Source of the DNA: a virus
IMG/VR virus record: IMGVR_UViG_3300012964_000002
Coordinates: 25,427-89,426 of that record
DNA: 64,000 nucleotides
Strand: one strand, 5' to 3'
A program made the translations under genes and the position numbers. The notes beneath the pieces were generated by a model. It saw only the letters and a program-made list of their open reading frames with translations, ran no database searches and had not been told where the DNA came from. Within the stretch, counting starts at the first letter, position 1. Each line of letters starts with the position of its first letter. This document shows positions 45,387 through 55,574 of this stretch, in pieces.

Positions 45387-45938
45387 ATGCCTCTCCACAA
45401 GGACCTGACTCTGGCGAACATGCACGTGCTCCACGCGTTCGAGTTCGCCGACGCGCCGACCATGCGCGCCGCCGCCATGACGCTCGCCGACGTCGGAAAG
45501 ATCGCCCGCGTGGCGGCCGACGCGTCGTTCTGGCAGCTGATCGACCACTTCGCGCCGACGACCTGGTTCCCCGTCTCGCCGCCGTTCGAGTTCGTCTCCG
45601 GCAACCTCGCGGTCACCGGGCTCACCGCCGCCGTGAACACTCCGTTCCTCGCGCACATCTTCGGTGGCAACCTCGTGGCGCTGAAGGTTCGCGCCGCGGC
45701 CGGCGTGAGCAACGCGCTGACCATGACGCTCACCGGGCTGCCCGCGTCGCTGATCCCCAACCTGGCGATGGTGTCCGTCATCGCCGCGCAGGACAACGGC
45801 GTCCAGATCATCGGCAGCGCGGCGCTTCTCTCCTCCGGCACGATTCAGCTGTACGCTGGCGGGACCAACGCTCCCTGGACCGCGGCGGGCGCAAAGGGGT
45901 TCTCCTCGTTCGAACTGGTGTATCCGCTCGTGTCGTAG
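45387..45938 (+). CDS. Short fibre/appendage protein
   Basis: N-terminal domain shared with 60647..61330; fibre-like beta C-terminus (GLPASLIP). Confidence 0.6.
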   Translation: MPLHKDLTLANMHVLHAFEFADAPTMRAAAMTLADVGKIARVAADASFWQLIDHFAPTTWFPVSPPFEFVSGNLAVTGLTAAVNTPFLAHIFGGNLVALKVRAAAGVSNALTMTLTGLPASLIPNLAMVSVIAAQDNGVQIIGSAALLSSGTIQLYAGGTNAPWTAAGAKGFSSFELVYPLVS

Positions 45939-45993
45939 CGCGACGGATCCGTCCGCTTGTGGTAGAAAACTCAGGACTGTCAAGGAGGCGCAG

Positions 45994-47982
45994 ATGGCCG
46001 GCTTCATCAGGCGGTTCGCGTCCGACCCCGGGTCGGACGTCATCACCCAGATCGAGGGCGCCGTCATCGTGGACTCGGCGCCCCCCGGCTCCATCTCCGG
46101 CATCCAGACCGGGGTGGTCGCCATCGTCGGCGAGTTCGCCGACATGAGCTCTGGCGTCAGCGTGGACGCCTCCGGGACCGTGACCACCAAGCCCGTGCCG
46201 GTGGAAATCTTCTCGGCGCAGGATCTCGTGACGAAGCTCGGCGGCTTCGACGAGACCCTGGGCGAGTTCGGCGTCTCGGGAGGCAACGGCTTCGCCGCGC
46301 TGCGCAACAAGCGGTTCAGCCGGCTCCTCGCCGTGGCCGCCAACCTCGCCTCGAGCAAGGGCGTCCGGATCTTCCGCCAGCTCCCCACGTGCAAGGGCGC
46401 CACGGACCCGACGCCGATCACGCCCGTGCAGGCCGCGGTGGTCGCGGCGGGGCGCGAGTTCAAGGCGGCGGCCAACCGCGCGCGCCTCTGCGCCGCCGCG
46501 AAGTTCACCGGCGACATCGACTACATCCGGGCGACGGACGGCAGCGTCACCGCCGCGGGCCTCCCGGCCGCGACGCAGCCCTTCACCTCCGCCTCCGGCG
46601 ACTTCGTGAACCGCGGCGTGAAGGTGGGCGACCTCGTGGTCATCGGCGTCATCGGCGGCGCGGCCGGGCTCGGCGCGAACGCGGCGACCTACCGCGTCAA
46701 CGCGGTGACCAGCGCGACGATCCTCGTTCTCGAGAAGCTCGACGGAACGACCTTCGACTGGACGACCACCGCGGCGCTCCCGTACCGCGTTCACCCGGGC
46801 GCGGCGGGCGACTCCGCGCCGGCGACCGGCTTCAACATCGCGGCGGCCGGCGGCGCCGCCGTCCCCGCGCGCCCGCTCGACGCCACCATCGTCGGCTCGA
46901 CGGTCCTCACGCCCTCCGTCGTCCCGGCCGCCCCGACCGCGACCTCCTGGGATCCGCTCTCCGGACTTCAGGGGCGGACCTCTCCCGGAACCCCCGCCGG
47001 CGACCTCGTCTACACGGCGGCGGTGCAGGCGCCGAACGCGGTCAGCGCGGCGGCCATCGACGCGCTGTACTCGACCGCGATCGACTCGCTCCTCTCCGAC
47101 GACCCGCCCGGGCGCGACGCCAACATCATCTGGGCCGCGCGCACGAGCTCGACCATCCGGGCGAAGCTCAAGAGCCACGTGCTCGACGCGAGCTCGCGCG
47201 GCCTCGGCCGCGAGGCGGTCATCTCCCCGGAGATCAGCCAGGTGACCGAGGGGACCATCCTCGGGGACGCCGACCCGGGCGTCGGCGCGAACCGCGACGA
47301 GCGCGTCATCTACAACTGGCCGGGCGCCGTCCACTTCGTGCCGGAGGCGGTGGGCTTCCTGCTCAAGACCGCGCTCGGCACGAGCCTCGCGGACGGACTC
47401 CTCGACGACCGCCTGGACGGCTGGATGGCCTCCGTCCTCTCGAACCTTCCGCCGGAGCAGAACCCCGGCCAGAGCGGCTCGCCGGTCTCCGACGTGATGG
47501 CCCCGATCCGGGGGTTCCAGCGCGGCGTCTCGGGGCTCGGCCTGCCCGACTACATCCAGTTCCGGCAGCGCGGCATCGCGGCGCTCCGCCTCGACAGGAC
47601 GGACGGTCCGATCTTCCAGTCCGGAATCACCGCGAGCCTGACCGCCGGGCGCAAGAACATCGCGCGTCGACGGATGGCCGACTTCATCGAGGACTCGGTC
47701 GCGCAGCGCTACAACCAGTTCGCCAAGAAGCTGCTCACGAACCAGCTCAAGGACTCCATCGTCGGGGAGACGGTGGCGTTCCTCCTCGACCTCCTCTCGC
47801 CGAACAACCCGCCCGCGCAGCGCATCAGCGCCTTCTCCGTCGACTCGAAGGCGGGGAACACGCCCGCCACGGAGGCGCAGGGCATCTTCGTCGTCATCGG
47901 GAAGGTTCGCACGCTCGCCTCGGCCGACTTCATCGTCTTCCAGGCCGAGATCGGCGAGTCGGTCAACGTCACCACGTCGTAG
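45994..47982 (+). CDS. Contractile tail sheath protein
   Basis: TGVVAIVGEF; RRRMADFI; C-terminal ADFIVFQAEIG. Confidence 0.9.
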   Translation: MAGFIRRFASDPGSDVITQIEGAVIVDSAPPGSISGIQTGVVAIVGEFADMSSGVSVDASGTVTTKPVPVEIFSAQDLVTKLGGFDETLGEFGVSGGNGFAALRNKRFSRLLAVAANLASSKGVRIFRQLPTCKGATDPTPITPVQAAVVAAGREFKAAANRARLCAAAKFTGDIDYIRATDGSVTAAGLPAATQPFTSASGDFVNRGVKVGDLVVIGVIGGAAGLGANAATYRVNAVTSATILVLEKLDGTTFDWTTTAALPYRVHPGAAGDSAPATGFNIAAAGGAAVPARPLDATIVGSTVLTPSVVPAAPTATSWDPLSGLQGRTSPGTPAGDLVYTAAVQAPNAVSAAAIDALYSTAIDSLLSDDPPGRDANIIWAARTSSTIRAKLKSHVLDASSRGLGREAVISPEISQVTEGTILGDADPGVGANRDERVIYNWPGAVHFVPEAVGFLLKTALGTSLADGLLDDRLDGWMASVLSNLPPEQNPGQSGSPVSDVMAPIRGFQRGVSGLGLPDYIQFRQRGIAALRLDRTDGPIFQSGITASLTAGRKNIARRRMADFIEDSVAQRYNQFAKKLLTNQLKDSIVGETVAFLLDLLSPNNPPAQRISAFSVDSKAGNTPATEAQGIFVVIGKVRTLASADFIVFQAEIGESVNVTTS

Positions 47983-48002
47983 GCTTCAACGGGAGGTTCG
48001 CC

Positions 48003-48617
48003 GTGGCGAGGACCATGATCCAGAACGTGAGCGGCGGCCCCGCGCCGCTGTTCCCCTACGCCGGGTCGCTCGCTCCGGGCAAGGGCGTCGTCGTGGCGGA
48101 CGACGTCCCGACCGTCGTCGCGAACCTCGGGGCGTCCGCCGTTGGGCCCGTGTTCCGAGTCACGGCTGTGCCGGACGCCGGGCCCGTCTCCGCGGTGATC
48201 GCCCAGATGACGAGCGCGCAGATCGGCTCTCAGGCTGTCGGGCCTAACCAGCTTGCGGTCAAGGACGCGCACGGCGCGTCCGTCGGGATGATCATCGACT
48301 TCCACGCCACCGCCGGTGTTGGCGGCGTGGCCGACGACGTGATCATCTACGACGCCAACGCGCCGTTCGCCTTCGAGCTCGAGGATCTCGTCTTCTCCGT
48401 CGAGACGCCTCAGGCGGGAAGCTCCGTCGTGATGCGCGACGCGAAGGGCGGGCTGGGCAACGCGCTCTCCTCCGTCCTCCCCACCGTGGCGGCCGGCAAG
48501 CAGTGGGACTCCGGGTCGGCGCTCGTCCCCGTCGCGGCGGGCGGAACGCTCGTGCTGCGGCGGTCGAACAACCTCGTCGTCGGCGAGATCATCCTTCACG
48601 TCGTGCGGGTTCCCTGA
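48003..48617 (+). CDS. Putative structural protein
   Basis: GGGAGG RBS; beta-rich C-terminal domain. Confidence 0.55.
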   Translation: MARTMIQNVSGGPAPLFPYAGSLAPGKGVVVADDVPTVVANLGASAVGPVFRVTAVPDAGPVSAVIAQMTSAQIGSQAVGPNQLAVKDAHGASVGMIIDFHATAGVGGVADDVIIYDANAPFAFELEDLVFSVETPQAGSSVVMRDAKGGLGNALSSVLPTVAAGKQWDSGSALVPVAAGGTLVLRRSNNLVVGEIILHVVRVP

Positions 48618-48621
48618 TCCG

Positions 48622-49080
48622 ATGGAGGCCATGGTGGCGGCGCTGACGAGGCTGACGGCCGGGGCGTGGGACTTCGTGGCGCCGCTGCGCCTTCCCGGCG
48701 CCGCGCTCCTCGTGCTGTCCGCGCCGCTGGCCCCGTCCTACTCCCTGATGTACTCGGTGATCGTCATCTCGGCGGTGATCATGCTGGGGCAGCGGATCGT
48801 GTCCAGGACGGACATCAGGCAGCACGAGGCGAGGGAGTCCGCGGACCGAAAGAACCTCGTCAACGACGTGCTCGCCACCGGGCGCAGCTTCGACGCGATG
48901 GCGGGCAACCTCATGCGCGAGGTCAAGGCCGTCAAGAGCGATGTGGAGGTGCTGCGCGGGGACGTGTCCAGGGACCGCGAAGAGAGGGAGAAGCTGTACG
49001 CGGAGATCCGCGCCCTTCAGGACCACCCGATCCTCAGGGCCGGGAGGCCGGGAGGCCCAGGCGGGCGCCGCGGACCTTGA
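48622..49080 (+). CDS. Membrane protein with coiled coil (holin/antiholin/spanin-like)
   Basis: Two hydrophobic segments then a heptad region. Confidence 0.55.
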   Translation: MEAMVAALTRLTAGAWDFVAPLRLPGAALLVLSAPLAPSYSLMYSVIVISAVIMLGQRIVSRTDIRQHEARESADRKNLVNDVLATGRSFDAMAGNLMREVKAVKSDVEVLRGDVSRDREEREKLYAEIRALQDHPILRAGRPGGPGGRRGP

Positions 49081-49105
49081 CGCGCCGCGCGCGGCGCGCT
49101 ACGGA
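49077..49105 (+). promoter_or_regulatory. Putative promoter for tail tube
   Basis: TTGACG-N17-TACGGA. Confidence 0.45.
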
Positions 49106-49228
49106 TCTTGTCGTCACCTCCGCCGCACCGGTCGAGCCTCCCGCGGCCCGACGGGATAGGGCGGGCAGCAACTCCCCCCCGGATGCTGCCCGCCCTACTT
49201 GCGTTCGGGGCTCGAAAGGAGAACGACC

Positions 49229-49666
49229 GTGGCGAACCAGAGGATCAAGGGCCAGGAGGTCGAGGTCATGGTGGTGGTGGACGGGCGCGCCCTGTCCACC
49301 GTCACCGACGTCCGCAGCTTCGAGGTCGGGCCCCAGCTCGAGATCAAGCGCGAGGGCTACCTCGGAGAGACGACCGACCGCCGCGACGAAATCTTCAACG
49401 GCGTGACCGGACGGATGGAGCTGCACTTCGAGAACCAGGACATCTTCGGCCTCTTCACCGCGGTCGTCGACCGCGCGCGCCGCCGGACGCCCGGCGTGAA
49501 GATCAACATCAAGGCGACGCTCAACTTCCCGGGCGGCGACCGCCCGCGCGTCCTCATCAACGACGCCTTCTTCGGCCCGTTCCCGATCAACTTCGCGGGC
49601 CGTGGCGACTACGGCGCCGTGACCGTCGACTTCGAGTCGAGCGACATCAGCTTCATCACCGCGTAG
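49229..49666 (+). CDS. Tail tube protein
   Basis: 145 aa, beta-rich, AAAGGAG RBS, between sheath and chaperone. Confidence 0.8.
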   Translation: MANQRIKGQEVEVMVVVDGRALSTVTDVRSFEVGPQLEIKREGYLGETTDRRDEIFNGVTGRMELHFENQDIFGLFTAVVDRARRRTPGVKINIKATLNFPGGDRPRVLINDAFFGPFPINFAGRGDYGAVTVDFESSDISFITA

Positions 49667-49679
49667 CGGGAGGCGTCAC

Positions 49680-50051
49680 ATGGGAGTCCTCGAGGAGAAG
49701 CTGGCCGCGGCCAGGAAGCCGCGCGCCATTCACACGTTCACGTTCCCGACCAAGATCGCCGCCGACGTCCGCACGATCTCCTTCAAGGAGCTGACCGCGG
49801 AGGACGAGCTCGTCTCGTCGAAGCGCGCCGGACAGGACGCCTTCCGGATCATCTACGAGCGCGTGCGCGAGTCGCTCGTGGAGGCGGACGGGAAGCCGAT
49901 CAGCCTCTCGGACGGCACCGCCGACGCGGTCTGGGCCGGCCTGCCGCCCCCGGCGCGCGAGCTCGCGATCGCGGCCTTCCAGTCCATCCACAGCGCGCCG
50001 GAGGACACCGCCAAGGATTTTCTCGCGAGCCAGTCCGTCCGGGTCGACTGA
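49680..50051 (+). CDS. Tail assembly chaperone (G)
   Basis: Between tube and tape measure; FKELTAEDE. Confidence 0.8.
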   Translation: MGVLEEKLAAARKPRAIHTFTFPTKIAADVRTISFKELTAEDELVSSKRAGQDAFRIIYERVRESLVEADGKPISLSDGTADAVWAGLPPPARELAIAAFQSIHSAPEDTAKDFLASQSVRVD

Positions 50052-50257
50052 GCCTGGGCGCTCTGGCCTCGATCGTCGCCGGGATGCCCCGGCCCGAGGA
50101 GCAAATCTGGGAGCTGGCTGCGTTCCTCGGGAGGTACGCGAACCAGCCGGTCAGCGAGGTGCTCGGGCTTCCGGTGACGGACCTCCGGAGGTTCACGCAG
50201 GCGACGAGAAGGATCCTGAACGAGGAGGCGGAGGCGGCCAAGAATCCGCGGGAGTGA
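50015..50257 (+). CDS. Tail assembly chaperone -1 frameshift extension (T)
   Basis: G GAT TTT at 50015-50021; -1 frame open to 50257 (IWELAAFLGRYANQP..EVLGLP). Confidence 0.7.
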   Translation, partial: GFSREPVRPGRLSLGALASIVAGMPRPEEQIWELAAFLGRYANQPVSEVLGLPVTDLRRFTQATRRILNEEAEAAKNPRE

Positions 50258-50260
50258 CCG

Positions 50261-51931
50261 ATGGCGGTGGAGCACAAGGTCCAGGCCAACTACACCGTCA
50301 ACCCCGGGCCGGCGCTCGGGGCGCTCGGCCGCATCGCCTCCGCGGCCGGGAAGATCAACACCACCTTCAACGCCGCCTCCCGCATCCTCGGGGGCGTCGC
50401 GGCGGTCGGCGGCTCCGTCGCCGCCGCGTTCTCCTTCCAGGAGATCATCCACTCCACGAGGGAGCACCTCGAGATGGTGAAGCGCATCAGCGCGCTCACC
50501 AAGACCGGGGCGTCCGAAGCCGACGCGATGGTCGAGACGTTCGCTCGGGTCGGCATCGCGGGGGAGGACGCCGAGCGGATCATGATGGGCATGAGCCGCC
50601 GCGCGTCCATGATGGACATCGGGATGCAGGGCGTGAACCGGACCCTCGGCGGAACGCGCGGGCTCTTTCAGTCGCTCGGCATCGACGTGCGCAAGGGCAT
50701 CGAGCCGGCGCTTCTCCGGATGTCCGCCCTCTACAAGAAGGGCAAGCTCGACGTCAGCCAGATCGGAATCGCGTTCGGCGTCCCCCGCATGCAGGCGCTC
50801 CGGATGGTCGAGCTCTTGGAAAAGGGCCCCGACCGAATCAGGAAGATGATCGAGGAGGGAAAGCGCTTCGCCATCGGCGAGGGCACGATGGAGCAGATGG
50901 AGCGCATGGAGATGGCGTCCAACGGCGCGCGGGCGGCCCTCAAGCGCATGCAGGTGATGGTCGGGTCCGAGCTGCTTCCGGTCCTCGCCGACCTGATGGA
51001 GGACGCCTCGAACCGGATCCGGTCGTGGCTGCCCGACGTTCGGAAGTTCGGCGAGTTCCTGCGAGACAACCTGCACCAGGCTCTCAACATCGTCATCCGG
51101 ATCGGGAAGGTGCTGCTCGCCAACTACGCGCTGATGAAGGCCACGGGAACCGGCGTCGGGGGGTGGGCGGCGCGCGGCCTCAGCTTCGTGACGGGCGGCG
51201 GAGGGCCGGGCGGGATGGCCGCGGGAGCGGTCAGGGCGGGCGCCGGCCTTCTCGGAGGAGGCGGGATCGGACCGATGACGCAGGGCGTGGCCATGCTCGT
51301 GCGCGTCCTCTCGATGGTCGGGCGGCTCACGATCATCGGAACGGTGGCGCTCATCGCGTGGAAGGCGTTCGAGGCCATCAAGAACAACACGCTGGGGATC
51401 CGCGACTCGCTCCTCTCCTTCTGGCGCCGCCTCCAGGCGCACTTCGCCGTCATCTTCAAGCTGTTCTCCGGGGTCGCCAAGCTGTTCTCCGGCGACGGCG
51501 TCATCGGCAAGTTTTTCACCGTGCTGCTCGTGACGGCGATCCAGACCGTGGTCGATCTCGTCGACGGGATCATGACGACCGTCGAGGTCATCATCATCGC
51601 GGTCAAGAAGCTCGTCGCGCAGCCGACGCGCTTCTTCGACATGGTCGACCTGTTCACGGAGTCGTACAAGGAGCAGCAGAAGATGCACAAGGACGCGCTC
51701 GCGACGCAGGAGGCGGAGCGCCGCGCCCGCGAGTCCCTGGACCGCGGCGCTCCCGGGGAGCGCGCGGGAACCAACTTCAACTTCCCCAACGCGCGCTTCG
51801 ACATCACGCAGAAGTTCGAGGAGGGATTCGACCCGGACCGCATCGCCGTCGCCTTCGCCAACGACCTCGCCGCGCTCGGCGAGCGGCGCGTGCAGGGGCA
51901 GCTCTCCCTCGCCGGCGCGTTCTCGAGGTGA
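50261..51931 (+). CDS. Tape measure protein
   Basis: Ala/Gly-rich amphipathic helices with TM-like stretches; follows chaperones. Confidence 0.85.
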   Translation: MAVEHKVQANYTVNPGPALGALGRIASAAGKINTTFNAASRILGGVAAVGGSVAAAFSFQEIIHSTREHLEMVKRISALTKTGASEADAMVETFARVGIAGEDAERIMMGMSRRASMMDIGMQGVNRTLGGTRGLFQSLGIDVRKGIEPALLRMSALYKKGKLDVSQIGIAFGVPRMQALRMVELLEKGPDRIRKMIEEGKRFAIGEGTMEQMERMEMASNGARAALKRMQVMVGSELLPVLADLMEDASNRIRSWLPDVRKFGEFLRDNLHQALNIVIRIGKVLLANYALMKATGTGVGGWAARGLSFVTGGGGPGGMAAGAVRAGAGLLGGGGIGPMTQGVAMLVRVLSMVGRLTIIGTVALIAWKAFEAIKNNTLGIRDSLLSFWRRLQAHFAVIFKLFSGVAKLFSGDGVIGKFFTVLLVTAIQTVVDLVDGIMTTVEVIIIAVKKLVAQPTRFFDMVDLFTESYKEQQKMHKDALATQEAERRARESLDRGAPGERAGTNFNFPNARFDITQKFEEGFDPDRIAVAFANDLAALGERRVQGQLSLAGAFSR

Positions 51932-51934
51932 CCG

Positions 51935-53131
51935 GTGATCAACACCTTCACCTCCAGCGACTCCCCCGCCTCCGCCTTCGTGGTAGAGGAGCTGTCCGGC
52001 GAGCGCCGCGTGATCTCCCTTCTCGGCCGCGCGCTCCCGTACCGCCCCATCGAGCTGTCGGGCACGATGCGGGCGACCACCACGTTCTACGCCGGCAACC
52101 CGATCGGGACGCTTCAGGTGCTCGGGGCGCAGGAGGAGCCGACCACGATCTCCGGCTTCTGGAAGGACCGCTTCATCCAGTCCGTCACGGCGGAGGGAGC
52201 GCCCGTGAACCCGGACGGTCGCGCGCTTCTCGGCGCGGCCGGCGCCGGAGACGTCGGGTCCGGCGCCGTCGCGGACGTGCGCGCCCTGGTCGCCCTCTTC
52301 GACGACGTTCGCCGCAAGGGGCAGCTCCTCGAGGTGCGATGGGATCAGCAGGTCCGGCGCGGCTTCCTCCAGAAGTTCGGGCAGAAGTGGCACAACCCGC
52401 ACGACTGCGAGTGGGAGGCGTCGTTCTCGTGGATCTCCCAGGGCGAGGACGACGCGCCGCCCGTCCTCGTCGACGCCGACCTCGTGGACGTGGCCGGTCG
52501 GATGGCGGCGGACGCGCGCGAGCTCCAGGCGTCCGCGCTCCAGCAGGTGGACGGCGCGCTCGGCGGGTTCCGCGGCCTCCTCAACGTCGCGAACGACTTC
52601 GTGGACGCCGTGGCGGCCCCGGTGGCGGAGGTCGTCGCGACGGCCCAGTCGGCGAACGACGTGGCGGCGTCCGGCGTGCGCGCGCTCACGGACGAGGCCC
52701 CGCAGAAGATGATCGCCCTGCTCCAGGGCGCGATCGACCAGCCGAACATCCTCGTCCAGACCTGCCAGCGGGCGTCCCGGAACCTGCTCCAGGACACGGA
52801 CCCGGCCGCGATCACGCCGTCACGCGCCATCGCGATGGACGTCTACCTGCGCGGAGTCGTCTCCTCCTCCCGGCGCGCGCGCCGCACCGCGCTCGACCAG
52901 CGGCAGCGCCTGCGCTCCGCCTCGAGCACGGAGGGAGCCGTCGCGTCCGTGCGCGTTCGCGCCGGGGAAGACCTCCGCACCATCTCGACGCGCTTCTACG
53001 GCACGCCGGACGAGTGGCGCCGGATCCTCCAGTTCAACCCCGGGCTCACCGGCTCCGAGGTTCCCGCCAACACCGTCGTCCTCGTTCCGCCCGCCTCCCG
53101 CACCGGCGGGGCCGCGCTGGGGAGGGGCTGA
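51935..53131 (+). CDS. Tube initiator / P2 gpU-gpX-like protein with C-terminal LysM
   Basis: GEDLRTISTRFYGTPDEWRRILQFNP LysM-like. Confidence 0.75.
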   Translation: MINTFTSSDSPASAFVVEELSGERRVISLLGRALPYRPIELSGTMRATTTFYAGNPIGTLQVLGAQEEPTTISGFWKDRFIQSVTAEGAPVNPDGRALLGAAGAGDVGSGAVADVRALVALFDDVRRKGQLLEVRWDQQVRRGFLQKFGQKWHNPHDCEWEASFSWISQGEDDAPPVLVDADLVDVAGRMAADARELQASALQQVDGALGGFRGLLNVANDFVDAVAAPVAEVVATAQSANDVAASGVRALTDEAPQKMIALLQGAIDQPNILVQTCQRASRNLLQDTDPAAITPSRAIAMDVYLRGVVSSSRRARRTALDQRQRLRSASSTEGAVASVRVRAGEDLRTISTRFYGTPDEWRRILQFNPGLTGSEVPANTVVLVPPASRTGGAALGRG

Positions 53132-54942
53132 TGGCCTTCGACCCGGCCGGTTCCGCGTTCTACCCGAGCGTCGTGGTGAACCTCCGCGTGAGGTTCGACG
53201 AGTCGCTGCATGTCGGGGACGTCGGCCTGCCCGGCGCCGTCACCGTGGGGGACCCGCTCGTCACGTACCGCCGCGACTTCTCTCCGAACGACCTCGCGGG
53301 GGACCGCCCGCTCGCGCTCGCGGCGCCGGAGGACTCCCTGTCGTGGATCCGGAACCTCCTGCCCAAGGAGGCCACCGTCGAGCTCTCCGGCTACCGCCAG
53401 GCCGGGAAGTGGTCGCTCGGCTTCGAGTACAGGGACTTCCCACTCGACCCGCGCACCATCCGCGCGGTCGGCGCGGAGATCCACATCGGCGCCGTTCCCG
53501 CCGGAGACTTCGGGGATGGGATGGTCCGCACGAAGCCTGGCGGCGGGCGCCGCTCCGTGCTCGAGACGCGCGTCAACGGCGTGATGCGCGAGGACACGCT
53601 CATCATGGTCGGCACGGCCGACCTCATCCACAGCGAGTGGGGCAAGGACGGCGCCACGGTCAGGATGGAGGGGCGGGACCTTCGCGGCATCTTCCTCGAC
53701 TCCCCGGCGCGCCCGGACCTGCTCGCGCAGCTCGACCTGACCAAGGGCATCGACGACGTGGTGCGCCAGATCCTTCAGCTTCACGCCTTCGGCGGCGGGA
53801 TCGTGGTCGTGACGAACCCGGACGACTGGGAAAACGGCGTCGTGCCGGCTCCCGGGGACGGCGAGAACCTGACGCGGGTGAACATGGGGCTGGCCGGCGC
53901 CGCTCCTGGGATGGTCCCGCAGGGCGACCCGCACCGTCTCTCCGTCTGGGACATCGTCCTCAACTACTGCCAGATCCTCGGCGCCGTGCCCTACTTCGTT
54001 GGGCAGCGGCTCGTGATCCGCCCGGCGCGCTCCCTCTACGACCGCCGGAAGCTCGTCGGCGTGGACCCCTCCGAGCCGACCCCGTTCGCGGGCGGCCGCC
54101 CGCGCGAGGTGCGGACCTCCGGCGGAACGGAGCAGCTCAAGATCCGGCGCCTCGTGTACGGGCGCGACGTCGAGAGCCTCCAGTTCGAGCGGAAGCTGGG
54201 CGGCATCAAGGTGCCGATCATCGAGCTCTCCAGCTTCAACACGTCCGGCAAGCAGCGCGGCCGCGGCAAGCTGCTCGTGGTCCGCTACCCCGACCTGGCG
54301 ATGCAGGTCCCCGCGTCGAACGAGGTCGCCGGCGTCGATCCCTCCGGCGCGCAGCTGACGAGCATTTCCCCCTCGGGCGGCCAGGCGGACCGCCAGGTGA
54401 TCCGCATCAACTACCCCGGCATCTCGTCCGAGAAGGCGCTCCGGCGCATCGCCCAGGATCTCCATCAGGAGATCGGGCGCCAGGAGCTCGGTGGGAAGGT
54501 GCAGACGAAGCGGCTCTCGTCGTTCGGCGGGACGAACGCCGACCCGGACCTTCTGCACCTGCGAACCGGGGACCCGTTCGAGATCGTGATCGACCACCGC
54601 GCCATCACCGTGCAGCCGCCGCTCGCCAACGCCGTCACGGACGCGGCCGCCCGCACGCCGTTCGATCAGCTCGTGCGCGAGATGACGGCGCGGAACGGCG
54701 ACGAGAACCTCTCCCGCGTGCTCGTCGCCACCGCTCGCGGCCAGGTTCAGGAGCTTCAGTCGTTCTTCCGGGTGTCGAACGTCCGGTACAACTTCCAGGC
54801 GGAGACGGGCATCGACATCGCGTTCGACTTCCAGAATTACATCGAGGTGCGGTACGACGTCATGAAGCAGCAGGAGAACCGCGCCCCGGCCCACAAGCTG
54901 CGCGCGGGCGGCGCGTCGTCGCACACCGGCAGGCGGAGGTAG
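53131..54942 (+). CDS. Baseplate hub (gpD/gp27-like)
   Basis: RMEGRDLRGIFLD; position before spike. Confidence 0.7.
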   Translation: MAFDPAGSAFYPSVVVNLRVRFDESLHVGDVGLPGAVTVGDPLVTYRRDFSPNDLAGDRPLALAAPEDSLSWIRNLLPKEATVELSGYRQAGKWSLGFEYRDFPLDPRTIRAVGAEIHIGAVPAGDFGDGMVRTKPGGGRRSVLETRVNGVMREDTLIMVGTADLIHSEWGKDGATVRMEGRDLRGIFLDSPARPDLLAQLDLTKGIDDVVRQILQLHAFGGGIVVVTNPDDWENGVVPAPGDGENLTRVNMGLAGAAPGMVPQGDPHRLSVWDIVLNYCQILGAVPYFVGQRLVIRPARSLYDRRKLVGVDPSEPTPFAGGRPREVRTSGGTEQLKIRRLVYGRDVESLQFERKLGGIKVPIIELSSFNTSGKQRGRGKLLVVRYPDLAMQVPASNEVAGVDPSGAQLTSISPSGGQADRQVIRINYPGISSEKALRRIAQDLHQEIGRQELGGKVQTKRLSSFGGTNADPDLLHLRTGDPFEIVIDHRAITVQPPLANAVTDAAARTPFDQLVREMTARNGDENLSRVLVATARGQVQELQSFFRVSNVRYNFQAETGIDIAFDFQNYIEVRYDVMKQQENRAPAHKLRAGGASSHTGRRR

Positions 54943-54947
54943 CGCAG

Positions 54948-55574
54948 ATGCTCTCGAGGACCAGGGTCAGCGGGCAGATGGACGCGGCGCGTCTCTCCGC
55001 GCTCGTCTCGCGCCCGGGCATCGACCCCCGGATCTGGGCCTCCCTCGCCGTCGTGACCGCGGTGCAGGTGGCGGAAGACGGCGTGTTCGCCTCCCTCGTG
55101 CTCGTGCCGTCGGAGCTCGAAGTGACCGCGCGCGTGGCCGCGCTCTACGCCGGGCCCGGCTTCGGCCTGTACGCACCGGTCGAGGTGGACGACGAGGTGC
55201 TGGCGGTGGCCCCGTCCGGCGACCCGTCCGAGGGCTACGTGGTCCTGCCGCGCCTGTGGTCCGCCTCCGACCCGCCGCCGGCCGCCGCCCGGCAGAACCA
55301 GGGGGACCTCGTCCTCGTCGTGCGGGACGGGCGGAACCTCCGGGTTGACGTCTCCGGCGGTGGCAAGGTGATGGTGAACGGCGACGCGGACGCGCTCGCG
55401 CTCGCCTCGAAGGTGAAGGCCAACGTCGACGCGCTCCAGCAGAAGTTCGACCTGCACACCCACCCGGTTCCGGGAGTCGCCGCCGGCGGCGCCACCGTCG
55501 CCAGCCTCGTCACCGCGACGCCCGTCGGGCCGCTCCCCGGCACCGGCAGCGCCGTCGTCAAGGCGGGCGAATGA
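54948..55574 (+). CDS. Baseplate central spike (gpV-like)
   Basis: OB-fold P..DDEVLA...GDP; C-terminal HTH iron-binding motif (HTHP). Confidence 0.85.
   Translation: MLSRTRVSGQMDAARLSALVSRPGIDPRIWASLAVVTAVQVAEDGVFASLVLVPSELEVTARVAALYAGPGFGLYAPVEVDDEVLAVAPSGDPSEGYVVLPRLWSASDPPPAAARQNQGDLVLVVRDGRNLRVDVSGGGKVMVNGDADALALASKVKANVDALQQKFDLHTHPVPGVAAGGATVASLVTATPVGPLPGTGSAVVKAGE

Noticed and set aside
50254-53130. 1562-aa ORF 50254..54942 as one giant protein
   Set aside because: The N-terminal part is an Arg/Gly-rich shadow frame over the tape measure and LysM genes; the real hub gene starts at 53131.
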